A DNA stretch of 64,000 nucleotides from Betaproteobacteria bacterium (lineage in GTDB: Bacteria; Pseudomonadota; Gammaproteobacteria; Burkholderiales; SG8-41). Below the pieces are notes generated by a model that saw nothing but the letters and a program-made list of their open reading frames with translations, did not search any database and was not told the DNA's origin. The position numbers and the translations under genes are program-made. Numbering within the stretch: the stretch's first letter is position 1; each line of letters opens with the position of its first letter. The DNA is taken from NCBI GenBank assembly GCA_032128415.1, contig JAQBGW010000165.1, positions 1,481 to 65,480 on the forward strand. Direction: 5' to 3'. Shown in pieces: positions 1-9,363 of this stretch.

Positions 1-634
1 CTTCACCTTTGTCGAACACCAGACCACCATGCAGGATTTTTTCGATCCCGAGGCATTGACATCGGTGTACTACGCCGAGGTCGCCGCACTGATCAAAGCG
101 CAATCGGGCGGCGCCCGTGTAGTCGTGTTCGACCACACGCTGCGTTCCGGCGACGAGAATGAACGTGAGGCCAAACTGATACGCGAACCGGTGCTGTGGG
201 CACACAACGATTACACCGAATGGTCGGGGCCGCAGCGCGTGCGCGATCTGCTGCCGGACGAAGCTGAAGCCTTGCTGCAACACCGCTTTGCCATCATCCA
301 GGTATGGCGCGCGATCAACCAGCCTATTCAGTCCAACCCGCTGGCCATCGCCGATGCATCAAGCGTGCCCACAGAAGACCTGATGATTGCCGAGCGGCGC
401 TACCCGACACGCGTCGGGCAGACCTACCGCCTGCGCTACGGCGCAGGACATCAGTGGTTTTATTTTCCGCAAATGCGCCGCGATGAGGCACTGGTATTCA
501 AGGTATTCGACTCGGCCACCGATGGCCGGGCGCGCTTCACCGCGCACACTTCATTCGAAGATCCGACCACGCCTCCGGGTGCGCCGCCCCGACAGAGCAT
601 CGAAGCGCGGGCGCTGGTGTTTTTCGACCAGTAA
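1..634 (+). CDS. CmcJ/NvfI-family Fe(II)/2-oxoglutarate oxidoreductase (5' truncated by window)
   Basis: Frame is open from the window start (FTFVEHQTT-MQDFFD); motifs VFDHTLR, HNDYT, PLA, HTSF..RQSIEAR match this family. Confidence 0.8.
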   Translation, partial: FTFVEHQTTMQDFFDPEALTSVYYAEVAALIKAQSGGARVVVFDHTLRSGDENEREAKLIREPVLWAHNDYTEWSGPQRVRDLLPDEAEALLQHRFAIIQVWRAINQPIQSNPLAIADASSVPTEDLMIAERRYPTRVGQTYRLRYGAGHQWFYFPQMRRDEALVFKVFDSATDGRARFTAHTSFEDPTTPPGAPPRQSIEARALVFFDQ

Positions 635-641
635 CCGCGGC

Positions 642-1538
642 TCAGGCCGGCAAGGGCACGCCTTCCTGTTCGCAGGAGTTCGACACGTCGCTGACGGTGA
701 CGCGGCGCATGTCGCGCACCCAGCGCAGATCATCGAAATCAGTGCCGCGATGCATGGTGCAGCGGTTGTCCCACATGATGAGCTCGTGCGGACGCCAGCG
801 GTGGGTGTGCATAAACTGGCGCTGCGTGGTGTGGGCGATCAATTCGTCGATCAGCGCCCGACCCTCGGCATCGGGCATGCCCCAGATGCGGCCGGCGTGT
901 GAGGCCACATACAGCGACTTGCGGCCATTTTGCGGGATGGTGCGCACCAGCACCTGCGGCACCGGCGGCAGTCGATTTTTTTCTTCTTCGGTGAAATCCA
1001 TGAAGCCGTTACGCCGCCGCGAGTGCGCGATCCAGTGTTCGACCACCAAACCCTGCAATTTCTTTTTTGTCGCATCCAGCAATGCGTCGTACGCCGCGCG
1101 CTGATCGACGAACTGGGTGTGGCCGCCGATGGGCGCTACAGTTTCGGCATACAGCAACGAGCAGATGCTCGGCAGCCGCTTGAATGAACTGTCGGTATGC
1201 CACAGCTTGTTGCCGGCCTTGTACATGCGTTGCCGGCTGGTCTCGCCCCAGATTTTGCCGTCGGCCGCGAGATTGGAAATGTCGGCAAAGGCACCGGTAT
1301 AACGCGTCGGCGTGGCTTTGGGATCCAGCGTGCGTTCCCCCTCAATGGGCCCGAAATGCTCCGCAAAGGCGAGTTGCTGATCCTGGGTCAGCGTCTGTTG
1401 CGGAAAGATCAGCACCGCGTATTTCCAGAACGCCTGTTTGATCGCAGCCACATCATCGGCAGCCAGTGGTTTGGCCAGATCGACATCACCGATCTCGGCC
1501 ACGAAATCCGGCGTGACCGGATATATGGTAATACCCAT
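642..1538 (-). CDS. TauD/TfdA-family Fe(II)/2-oxoglutarate dioxygenase (TfdA/SdpA-like)
   Basis: WHTDSSF HxD motif and WDNRCTMHR; start at MGITIYP has a GAGGAGGAG RBS upstream. Confidence 0.9.
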   Translation of the reverse strand: MGITIYPVTPDFVAEIGDVDLAKPLAADDVAAIKQAFWKYAVLIFPQQTLTQDQQLAFAEHFGPIEGERTLDPKATPTRYTGAFADISNLAADGKIWGETSRQRMYKAGNKLWHTDSSFKRLPSICSLLYAETVAPIGGHTQFVDQRAAYDALLDATKKKLQGLVVEHWIAHSRRRNGFMDFTEEEKNRLPPVPQVLVRTIPQNGRKSLYVASHAGRIWGMPDAEGRALIDELIAHTTQRQFMHTHRWRPHELIMWDNRCTMHRGTDFDDLRWVRDMRRVTVSDVSNSCEQEGVPLPA

Positions 1539-1672
1539 ACACTCCTCCTCTACTTCATCGGACGGCTGCACTGCCGCAGTATTATCGCGCGAATGCCGCG
1601 AGCCGGCGAATCTGCTGCGCAGCAATGTATCATTCCGAATAGTAGAAGATTTCAACCATCACGGAGGACAGC

Positions 1673-1969
1673 ATGGCCAAAGGTTATTGGGTAGTCACTT
1701 ACCGCGCGATCAAGGATGCCGATGCGTTTGCCCGTTACGCCAAGGTCGCGCCAGCCGCAGTGCAGGCCGGCGGCGGACGTTTCCTGGTGCGCGGAATGGC
1801 GGCGAAGGTTTACGAGGCCGGCATCCAGCAGCGCGTAGTAATCATCGAATTCGACAGCCTCGCGCAGGCGCTCGCTGCACACGACACGCCCGCATACCAG
1901 GCGGCGTTGAAGGAACTTGCCGGCAACGCCGTCGAGCGCGACATGCGCATCGTTGAGGGACTCGCTTAA
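1673..1969 (+). CDS. DUF1330-family protein
   Basis: 98 aa with GGRFLVRG, RVVIIEFDSLAQA, YQA motifs; GGAGGA RBS. Confidence 0.88.
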   Translation: MAKGYWVVTYRAIKDADAFARYAKVAPAAVQAGGGRFLVRGMAAKVYEAGIQQRVVIIEFDSLAQALAAHDTPAYQAALKELAGNAVERDMRIVEGLA

Positions 1970-1990
1970 AAGCGAGCGTCGCCCCGGACT

Positions 1991-3799
1991 TCAGCGCCGC
2001 ACCAGATCCAGCAGCGCGGCGCCGTAGCGCTCCAGTTTTTTGGCACCAATGCCGCTGATTGCGCCCAGGGCATCCATGTCCGCAGGCCGCGCTGCGGCAA
2101 TTTCCTGCAGCGTGCGGTCATGAAATATCACGAAAGCCGGGACTGACTGCACTCGCGCCTGCTCCATGCGCCAGACCTTAAGTTGCTCCAGCAATCCCGC
2201 AGCGGCTGCGGGCAAGGCGCTGCCGATCGTGCCGCGGCGCGTCTTCCTGGATTTGACTTTGCGCGGCAGTGCGTTGCGCATGGCGACACGCTGCTCGCCT
2301 TTCAGCACCGGCCGGCTGGAGTCGGTCAGGCGTAGTGCGCCGTAAGACTCGTGGTCCGGGCGGATAAACCCCAGCGCCGCCAACTGCCGGAATACGTTGC
2401 GCCATGCTGCTTCATCAAGCTCGGCGCCGATGCCGAACACATTGAGTTTGTCATGCCCCCATTGCGCGGTGCGTTCCGTAGCACGGCCACGCAGCACGTC
2501 GATCAGATGCATCGCGCCGAAGCGCTGGCCGGTGCGGTAGACGCACGACAGCGCCTGGCGGGAGGCCTCGGTCGCATCCCATGTCTGCGGCGGTTCGATG
2601 CAGGTATCGCAATTGCCGCAGGGTCCACTGGTTTCATCGAAGTATTCGAGCAGGCGTACGCGGCGGCAGCCGGCCGTCTCACACAGACCGAGTAAGGCAT
2701 CGAGTTTCGCCACCGATACACGGCGGTAATCCTCGCCGCCCTCGGACTGGTCGATCATGCGCCGTTGCTGCACGACATCACTCAGGCCGTACGACATCCA
2801 CGCATCGGCCGGTGCGCCGTCGCGCCCGGCACGCCCGGTTTCCTGGTAATAACCCTCGATACTTTTCGGCAGGTCGAGGTGAGCGACAAATCGCACATCG
2901 GGTTTGTCGATGCCCATGCCGAAGGCAATGGTGGCAACGACCACGATGCCGTCTTCGCGTTGAAAGCGCGCCTGGTTAGCCGCGCGCGATGCGGCATCCA
3001 TGCCGGCATGATACGGAATCGCACGCACGCCCTGCCCGGCCAGCCACGCTGCGGTCTCATCGACTTTTTTGCGCGACAGGCAATACACGATACCCGCCTC
3101 GCCGTCATGGTCGTCGCGGATAAAACGCAGCAGTTGAACCCGCGCCTCCTGCTTGTCGACGATGGTGTAGCGGATATTGGGCCGGTCAAAGCTGGAGACG
3201 AATACCCGCGCGTCATCAAGCGCGAGGCGGTGAATGATTTCGACACGGGTCTGCGGATCGGCAGTCGCCGTCAGCGCGATGCGCGGCACTGCCGGAAATT
3301 TTTCGTGCAATACCGAGAGCTGGAGATATTCCGGGCGGAAATCGTGGCCCCATTGCGACACACAATGCGCCTCGTCGATGGCGAACAGCGCGAGTTTCGA
3401 TGCGGCGAGGCATTCCAGCATGCGCGGCATCACCAGCCGCTCGGGCGCGATGTAGAGCAGATCGAGATCACCAGCACGCAGCGCCTTTTCGCAAGCGTTG
3501 ACCTCGCGACCGTCGAGTGTCGAATTGAGAAAGGCTGCACGCACGCCCAATTGCTTCAACGCTGCGACCTGATCCTGCATCAATGCAATCAGCGGCGACA
3601 CCACCAGCGCGGTACCTGCACGCAGCAGCGCCGGCAACTGGAAGCACAATGACTTGCCGCCGCCGGTGGGCATCAGCACCAGCGCATCACCACCGCCGGC
3701 AACATGTTCAATGATGTCCTGCTGCACGCCGCGGAATGCGGGATGGCCGAATACGGTGTTGAGCAGTTGCAGTGGGCGGGGATCGGCGGCGTGATTCAT
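1991..3799 (-). CDS. recQ: ATP-dependent DNA helicase RecQ
   Basis: [35 protein letters not shown], Zn motif CGNCDTC, C-terminal HRDC; start set at MNHAADP. Confidence 0.97.
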   Translation of the reverse strand: MNHAADPRPLQLLNTVFGHPAFRGVQQDIIEHVAGGGDALVLMPTGGGKSLCFQLPALLRAGTALVVSPLIALMQDQVAALKQLGVRAAFLNSTLDGREVNACEKALRAGDLDLLYIAPERLVMPRMLECLAASKLALFAIDEAHCVSQWGHDFRPEYLQLSVLHEKFPAVPRIALTATADPQTRVEIIHRLALDDARVFVSSFDRPNIRYTIVDKQEARVQLLRFIRDDHDGEAGIVYCLSRKKVDETAAWLAGQGVRAIPYHAGMDAASRAANQARFQREDGIVVVATIAFGMGIDKPDVRFVAHLDLPKSIEGYYQETGRAGRDGAPADAWMSYGLSDVVQQRRMIDQSEGGEDYRRVSVAKLDALLGLCETAGCRRVRLLEYFDETSGPCGNCDTCIEPPQTWDATEASRQALSCVYRTGQRFGAMHLIDVLRGRATERTAQWGHDKLNVFGIGAELDEAAWRNVFRQLAALGFIRPDHESYGALRLTDSSRPVLKGEQRVAMRNALPRKVKSRKTRRGTIGSALPAAAAGLLEQLKVWRMEQARVQSVPAFVIFHDRTLQEIAAARPADMDALGAISGIGAKKLERYGAALLDLVRR

Positions 3800-3947
3800 T
3801 GCGGAGTAGCGTGGTGACGGAGCAGTGTGGCGGCCCGGGTGGATGGAATGATCGGCAGCGCAAACAGGGCTCAACCATCGCCAGCGATACACAATTTAAT
3901 GTTTAAAAACAAATACTTACAACAACACAGCAGCACCTATTCTGCCA

Positions 3948-4961
3948 TCAGCCGTTACGTGAACGCCCGGCCAGTTTGCGCAGTTCCTGATGCAGCACGT
4001 CAGAAATGACCAGGCCCTCGGCCTGCGCCTTCGCGGTCGCCTGTTGCCGCCGCACACCTGGCAAGCGCACCCCTTCATCGGCGAGCATATGGCGAATCAT
4101 GTCTTCGAGTCGTGCGTAATACACATCGGCGCCGGCCAGCGCGGAGGGATCAATCACGAGCACGGCATGGCCGATGCGCGGTTTGTTGCCGGGCTCGAAG
4201 TACGAATCATTCTCGCGGCTCAGCGCCGCACCGGTCAGCGCCACGCACAATGCTTCAACCATCAGTGCCAGTGCCGTGCCTTTGACGCCACCGATCGCGG
4301 TGAGGCTACCGGTCAGTGCGGCCTGCGCATCGGTCGTCGGATTGCCGTCGCGATCGACCGCCCAACCCAATGGAATTGATTTGCCTTCCTTGGCCATCAG
4401 CATGATCTTGCCGCGGGTCACTTCGGTCAGCGACAGATCGATGACCACAGGCGCGGCGTTTTTCCTCGGGAAAATCGCCGCCACCGGATTGGTCCCGAAA
4501 AAAGCTTTTTTGCCGCCCCAGGCATTGATCGCTGCCGGAGAGTTGGTGAACGCAAGCCCGACCATCCCTGCTTCGGCAACCGGTGCGAGATGATAGGCTG
4601 CTGCGCCGAAATGATGGCTGTTGGTGACACCAGAAAATGCAACGCCGTAGCGTTTGGCACGCTTGATCGCTTCATTGACCGCCAGCGCCGCCGCCGGAAA
4701 TGCCAGTCCGCCACCGGCGTCGATCAGGCAGGTCGCGCCGGCCTTTCTGATGATTTTCGGTTTGGCCTTGCCGTCGGCGCGGCCCTCGCGCAGATGTTGC
4801 GCGTACAGCGCCACGCGCGACAGACCGTGGCCAGCCAAGCCTTCGGCTTCGGCCACAACCAGCGCTTTCGCGGTGGCTGTCGCCATCGCTTTGGAGGCAC
4901 CCGCGCGCTTCAAGGCGCGTGTGGCGAGATCGGTCAGCGTCGCGGCAGCGAGGGTTGGCAT
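3948..4961 (-). CDS. Ldh_2 family (malate/L-lactate/(R)-sulfolactate dehydrogenase, ComC-like) oxidoreductase
   Basis: GHGLSR, NSHHFG, GTNP, GWAVDRDGNPTTD, GGVKG, RLPG motifs. Substrate is inferred from context only. Confidence 0.88.
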   Translation of the reverse strand: MPTLAAATLTDLATRALKRAGASKAMATATAKALVVAEAEGLAGHGLSRVALYAQHLREGRADGKAKPKIIRKAGATCLIDAGGGLAFPAAALAVNEAIKRAKRYGVAFSGVTNSHHFGAAAYHLAPVAEAGMVGLAFTNSPAAINAWGGKKAFFGTNPVAAIFPRKNAAPVVIDLSLTEVTRGKIMLMAKEGKSIPLGWAVDRDGNPTTDAQAALTGSLTAIGGVKGTALALMVEALCVALTGAALSRENDSYFEPGNKPRIGHAVLVIDPSALAGADVYYARLEDMIRHMLADEGVRLPGVRRQQATAKAQAEGLVISDVLHQELRKLAGRSRNG

Positions 4962-4972
4962 CGGTTAAAACC

Positions 4973-5965
4973 TCAGTCCAGACGCGTGTTCGACGCCTTG
5001 GCTACCTCGGCCCATTTGGCTGTTTCTACTTTGACGAATGCTGCAAATTCGGCGGTTGTATTTCCGCCCGGTTCGGCACCAGAGTCAATAATGCGCTTCG
5101 AAACCTCCGGAGACTTCACGGCAGCAACCCATGACTTATAAAGTGTTTCAATGACCGGGGCCGGTGTCTTGCTGGGTGCGAAAAGACCATTCCACTGTAC
5201 AGCCATATGCCCGGGAACACCGGCCTCAATCATGGTCGGGATATCCGGTGCCAAAGCCGAACGCTTGGGACCCGCCACACCAAGGCCACGCAGTTTGCCT
5301 GTCTTGAAATGACGTGCCGCAACCGGCAAAACAATAAATCCGGCCTGTGCCTCACCGGTCAGCACCGCGACAGTCTGTGGAGCCGCGCCTTTGTACGGCA
5401 AGTGGGTCATGCGTATGCCAGTCTTGAGCCGCAAAAGCTCCATGGCCAGTTGCCCCATTGTCCCCGCTCCGGATGATGCGTAATCCAGCGCATTCGGCTT
5501 CGACTTCGCAAGCGCAACGAATTGCTTGACCGTTTTAACCGGCAATGACGGATGAACGACCAGGGAAAATGGATACTGCGATGCCATCGAAATCGCAACC
5601 AGATCCTGACTGGGACTGTAGGTCAATTTACTGTAGACCGCCGGGCTGATCGCCAGGGATGAGTTGCCGAACAATACCGTGTAACCATCTGCGGGAGCCT
5701 TGGCAACGATATCTGCAGCGATGTTGCCACTGGCACCAGCGCGGTTATCGACGACAGCCCGCTGCCCCAGATCGGCGATAAATCTCTGCGCGATAATTCT
5801 GGCGATGGTGTCGCTGCCGCCGCCAGGCGGAAACGCCACGATCATGCGCACCGCACGAGTCGGAAAACTCTGCGCTGCGACATCACCCAGCGGGGCAAGT
5901 ACCGCGCCGCCCGCCAGCACCAAGATAATCAAAAGGCGAATGTCGCAGATGTCGAATCTCGTCAT
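4973..5965 (-). CDS. Tripartite tricarboxylate transporter substrate-binding protein (TctC/Bug)
   Basis: Signal peptide, FPPGGGSD, DNRAGASG, PADGYT, PYKG motifs; GGGGAGGA RBS before MTRFD. Confidence 0.93.
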   Translation of the reverse strand: MTRFDICDIRLLIILVLAGGAVLAPLGDVAAQSFPTRAVRMIVAFPPGGGSDTIARIIAQRFIADLGQRAVVDNRAGASGNIAADIVAKAPADGYTVLFGNSSLAISPAVYSKLTYSPSQDLVAISMASQYPFSLVVHPSLPVKTVKQFVALAKSKPNALDYASSGAGTMGQLAMELLRLKTGIRMTHLPYKGAAPQTVAVLTGEAQAGFIVLPVAARHFKTGKLRGLGVAGPKRSALAPDIPTMIEAGVPGHMAVQWNGLFAPSKTPAPVIETLYKSWVAAVKSPEVSKRIIDSGAEPGGNTTAEFAAFVKVETAKWAEVAKASNTRLD

Positions 5966-6059
5966 GATTCTCCTCCCCAGTTGTTTTCTAATTTGAAGAC
6001 CAGTGTCTCGCGCATGCCGGAAAAAATCAATCGCCATCCGACCGATACCGGCGCCGCAA

Positions 6060-7775
6060 TCAGGCAGGCGTCAACAGCGACTGGCCGGGCTTGACGCGGG
6101 TGAAATGCACCGGGCGATTTTCAATACCGAAGCGCCCGTCCCGCCAACTCACACAGGTGTAATGCGAGTTTTCCAGATCATGGACATCTGGAAAATCGGC
6201 ACGAAAATGCGCGCCGCGCGAATCTTCCCGTGCCATCGCTGCGAATCGAATCGATTGCGAAACCAGCACCAGATTCTTCAAATTCATCCAGTCATGCCAG
6301 GTCAGATTGTAGGCCAGCGTCGAACCATCCACGCCGGTTGCATCAAGCCGTGCGTCGAGTTCGTCGAGCAGTCCCGACGCACGATTAAGCGATGCCGCAT
6401 CGCGCACGATTCCGACATCGTCCCACATGACCGCGTAGAGTTGCTCGCGGATTGAATTGATGTCACCACCTTCGCGAGAGAGTGGTGCCCGGCAGCGCGC
6501 CACTGCGGCATCAATCGCCTCCTGATCGGGGGCACGGAACTCGCCGTTGGCCTTGACCCAGCCGGGCATCACGTCACCGGCAATGCCGCCAAACACCGTG
6601 GAATTGGCGACACCATTACCGCCCAACCGGTTCGCACCATGCACACCACCGGAATCCTCTCCCGCGACAAACAGACCGGGCAGATCAGTCGAGCAATCGG
6701 TTTTGAAAGCAACGCCACCCATCATGTAGTGCGCGGTCGGCACCACATCGACCAGCCCGCCGACCAGGTCAAAACCGCAGTCGGCGCAACGCTCGACCAT
6801 ACCCTTGAACTCGCGGCGCACCATGACCGGATCGAGATGACGCATGGTGATGTAGAGGCCGCCGTGTTTATTGACGCGACCGGCGCGCATTTCCTCGTAC
6901 ATGCCGCGGCTGACGATGTCACGTGTCGCGCGTTCGTTACGCGGGTCGTAGTGGTGCATGAAACGCTCGCCCGCGCCGTTGAGCAACTGTCCGCCGACGC
7001 CACGCAGACCTTCCTCGATGATGGTGCCGGTGATACGCGTGTCAGATCCTGCGATCAATCCGGTGGGATGAAACTGCACCATTTCCATGTCGCGCAGCAT
7101 GAGCCCACCGCGCAGCGCCATCGCCATGCCGTCGCAGCTCTTGTCGCCGGAGGGCGTGTGGTACTTGTACATGGTCGGCCCGCCACCGGTCGCGAGCAAC
7201 ACGGCCTGCGCCTGTACGAACACGAATTCGCCGTTGCGCATATCGATCATCACCACGCCGGAAATCGCATCGCCGGATTTACTTTTGATGAATTCAACGG
7301 CGCGGTGCTCTTCGAGCCGGTGGATGCCACGCGCCCAAACCTGTTCGGCAAGGCGGTTGATGATCTCGATGCCGGTCAGGTCACCCTTGTGCACGGTGCG
7401 ATCGAAAGTCTGTCCGGCGAAAGCTTTCTGATGAATGGTGCCGTCTGGATTGCGATCGAAAAAACAGCCCAGCTCGTTCTCGAGTTCGTGGATGCGCTCG
7501 ACCGCGGTTTCGACCAGCATCCAGGCGAGATCCTGATCGGGCAGCCACTTGCCACCCTCGATGGTGTCCATGAAATGGCGTTCTACAGAATCGCCCGCAG
7601 CCAACGCCACGTTATAACCGCCCTGCACCATGCGCGTGCAGCCGGTTTTTCCGAACAGTCCCTTAACCGCCACGGTGATCGACAATTCGGGATTGTGCTG
7701 ATGCGCGTGTAACGCGGCGAACAGCCCGGCGCCGCCGGATCCGAGGATCAGGATGTCGGTCTTGATGGTGTTCAT
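6060..7775 (-). CDS. Succinate dehydrogenase/fumarate reductase family flavoprotein subunit (non-canonical, lacks the covalent-FAD His)
   Basis: GSGGAG, QFHPT, RD, HYMMGG, HGANRLGGN, REDSRGAHFR; has KTGCTRMVQGG where SdhA has RSHTxxAQGG. Confidence 0.9.
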   Translation of the reverse strand: MNTIKTDILILGSGGAGLFAALHAHQHNPELSITVAVKGLFGKTGCTRMVQGGYNVALAAGDSVERHFMDTIEGGKWLPDQDLAWMLVETAVERIHELENELGCFFDRNPDGTIHQKAFAGQTFDRTVHKGDLTGIEIINRLAEQVWARGIHRLEEHRAVEFIKSKSGDAISGVVMIDMRNGEFVFVQAQAVLLATGGGPTMYKYHTPSGDKSCDGMAMALRGGLMLRDMEMVQFHPTGLIAGSDTRITGTIIEEGLRGVGGQLLNGAGERFMHHYDPRNERATRDIVSRGMYEEMRAGRVNKHGGLYITMRHLDPVMVRREFKGMVERCADCGFDLVGGLVDVVPTAHYMMGGVAFKTDCSTDLPGLFVAGEDSGGVHGANRLGGNGVANSTVFGGIAGDVMPGWVKANGEFRAPDQEAIDAAVARCRAPLSREGGDINSIREQLYAVMWDDVGIVRDAASLNRASGLLDELDARLDATGVDGSTLAYNLTWHDWMNLKNLVLVSQSIRFAAMAREDSRGAHFRADFPDVHDLENSHYTCVSWRDGRFGIENRPVHFTRVKPGQSLLTPA

Positions 7776-7781
7776 GAACGC

Positions 7782-8393
7782 TTAATTTTTGACGCCTAGA
7801 GCCGCCAGTACGCCCGCCCGCTTGTCCTTCGCCGCCGCATTGACCACCGTATAAAGACTGCCGCCGTGCGCATCCATCGCCACCAGCAACGGGCCGAAGC
7901 CCTTGATGCGGAACTTCCACAACGACTCGGGATTGAGGTCGTCGAGATCAACTTCTTCGATCTGCTCAATCCAGGTGGTCTCCAGCGCCGCGGTCCCGCC
8001 GATGATCGCGAGATAAACCCCGCCCAGTTCACTGAAGGCTTTCGCCGAGGCAGCGAACAATCCGCCCTTGCCGATGACTATGCGTACGCCGTACTGCTCC
8101 ATCAACGGCCGCGTGAAACGCTCCATGCGCGAGCTGGTCGTGGTGCCGACGCAAATCGGCGCGTAGCCCGACGGATGCTGCTGTGTCTCTCCCACCCATT
8201 TGACGTTGGGTGCGGTGTGTATGACAGCGTGGCCTTTCATATCGAAACGCGTCTTGCGGCCATGATCAAACATATGGATTTGCGTGGCATCGCGGATCCC
8301 GTAAAGCGTGTTGTGCAGCGTGACAGTGTCATTGATGCGCAGCTTGCGCACCTGCTCTTCGGTCACCGGCATCTGCAATTCATAATGGGCCAT
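7782..8393 (-). CDS. Class I fumarate hydratase/tartrate dehydratase family, beta subunit
   Basis: RDATQ, TTTSSRM, IGKGG, FGPLLVAMDAHGGSLY motifs. Confidence 0.9.
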   Translation of the reverse strand: MAHYELQMPVTEEQVRKLRINDTVTLHNTLYGIRDATQIHMFDHGRKTRFDMKGHAVIHTAPNVKWVGETQQHPSGYAPICVGTTTSSRMERFTRPLMEQYGVRIVIGKGGLFAASAKAFSELGGVYLAIIGGTAALETTWIEQIEEVDLDDLNPESLWKFRIKGFGPLLVAMDAHGGSLYTVVNAAAKDKRAGVLAALGVKN

Positions 8394-8408
8394 CTCTGTA
8401 TCCGCCGC

Positions 8409-9284
8409 TCAGTAGCCGTAGCTCAGGCCGGCGGGCGTGAACGTAGCCCGCGAGCGCCGCGCCGAGTGGCACTGCATGTTGACGGCGACTGGATTCATGG
8501 TGATGTGGGTCGCCGCGGTTTCGACGTGCACCGCAAATGCGGTCGAGTCGCCACCCAGTCCCTGCGCGCCGACGCCGAGTTGATTGACGACCTTGCTCAG
8601 TTCCGCTTCGAGTTTCGCGCCTTCGGGGTCCTCGCAGACACTGCCGAGCGGCCGCGTCGCCGCTACTTTCGACAAATGCACGCACAAATCTGCAGTGCCG
8701 CCGACACCGACGCCGACGATCACCGGGGGGCAGCTCTTGCCGCCGGCCTCCAGCACGCAATCGATGACAAAGGTCTTGATGGCAGCAATGCCCTCTGCAG
8801 GAATCGCCATTTTCAGCCAGGAGTTGTTCTCCGAGCCGGAACCTTTCGGAATCATTTCAATGGCCAGCGTGTCGGCCTCGGGCACGAAGTCGATGTTGAT
8901 CACGGGGACCTGCCGGCCGCAGGAAGTGTGTTCGTTCTTGCGGGTGGTCGGATGCACCACCGACGAGCGCAGCGGGTACTCTTTGGTTGCCCGCTCGCAA
9001 CCCTTGATGATGGCCTGCTTCAGTGCATAACCATCCATGACGACGTTATTGCCGATAGTGACGTTGTATATCGGGATGCCGGTATCCTGACACAGCAGGT
9101 TGCTGGTGTCTTCGGCCACGGTAATGTTGCGGATCATGGTGCCGAGAATGGCTTTGCCCGTAGCGTTGGTTTCGCCTTTATCCAGCCGCTGGAAGCCCTG
9201 CTTGATGTCGGGCGGCAGCATTTTCAGCGCACGGATGTAGAGTTCCTTGCACGCCTCTTCAATCTGTAGTGGATCGACCTTCAC
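8409..9284 (-). CDS. Class I fumarate hydratase/tartrate dehydratase family, alpha subunit (Fe-S)
   Basis: CQDTG, KGSGSEN, CPP, MQCHSAR motifs; GTG start. Confidence 0.92.
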   Translation of the reverse strand: MKVDPLQIEEACKELYIRALKMLPPDIKQGFQRLDKGETNATGKAILGTMIRNITVAEDTSNLLCQDTGIPIYNVTIGNNVVMDGYALKQAIIKGCERATKEYPLRSSVVHPTTRKNEHTSCGRQVPVINIDFVPEADTLAIEMIPKGSGSENNSWLKMAIPAEGIAAIKTFVIDCVLEAGGKSCPPVIVGVGVGGTADLCVHLSKVAATRPLGSVCEDPEGAKLEAELSKVVNQLGVGAQGLGGDSTAFAVHVETAATHITMNPVAVNMQCHSARRSRATFTPAGLSYGY

Positions 9285-9306
9285 TGCATTACCTTTTTTT
9301 TGCGTG

Positions 9307-9359
9307 AAAAATCCGGGATATCGCAGAGACGTTGCGCCTCTGCGACGGCACCGGGATTT
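9307..9359 (-). terminator. Hairpin with T-tract downstream of the tctC gene (terminator or mRNA stabiliser)
   Basis: Minus strand TCGCAGAGGCG-CAA-CGTCTCTGCGA stem, outer AAATCCCGG/CCGGATTT pairing, then TTTTT. Confidence 0.6.
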
Positions 9360-9363
9360 ATCG

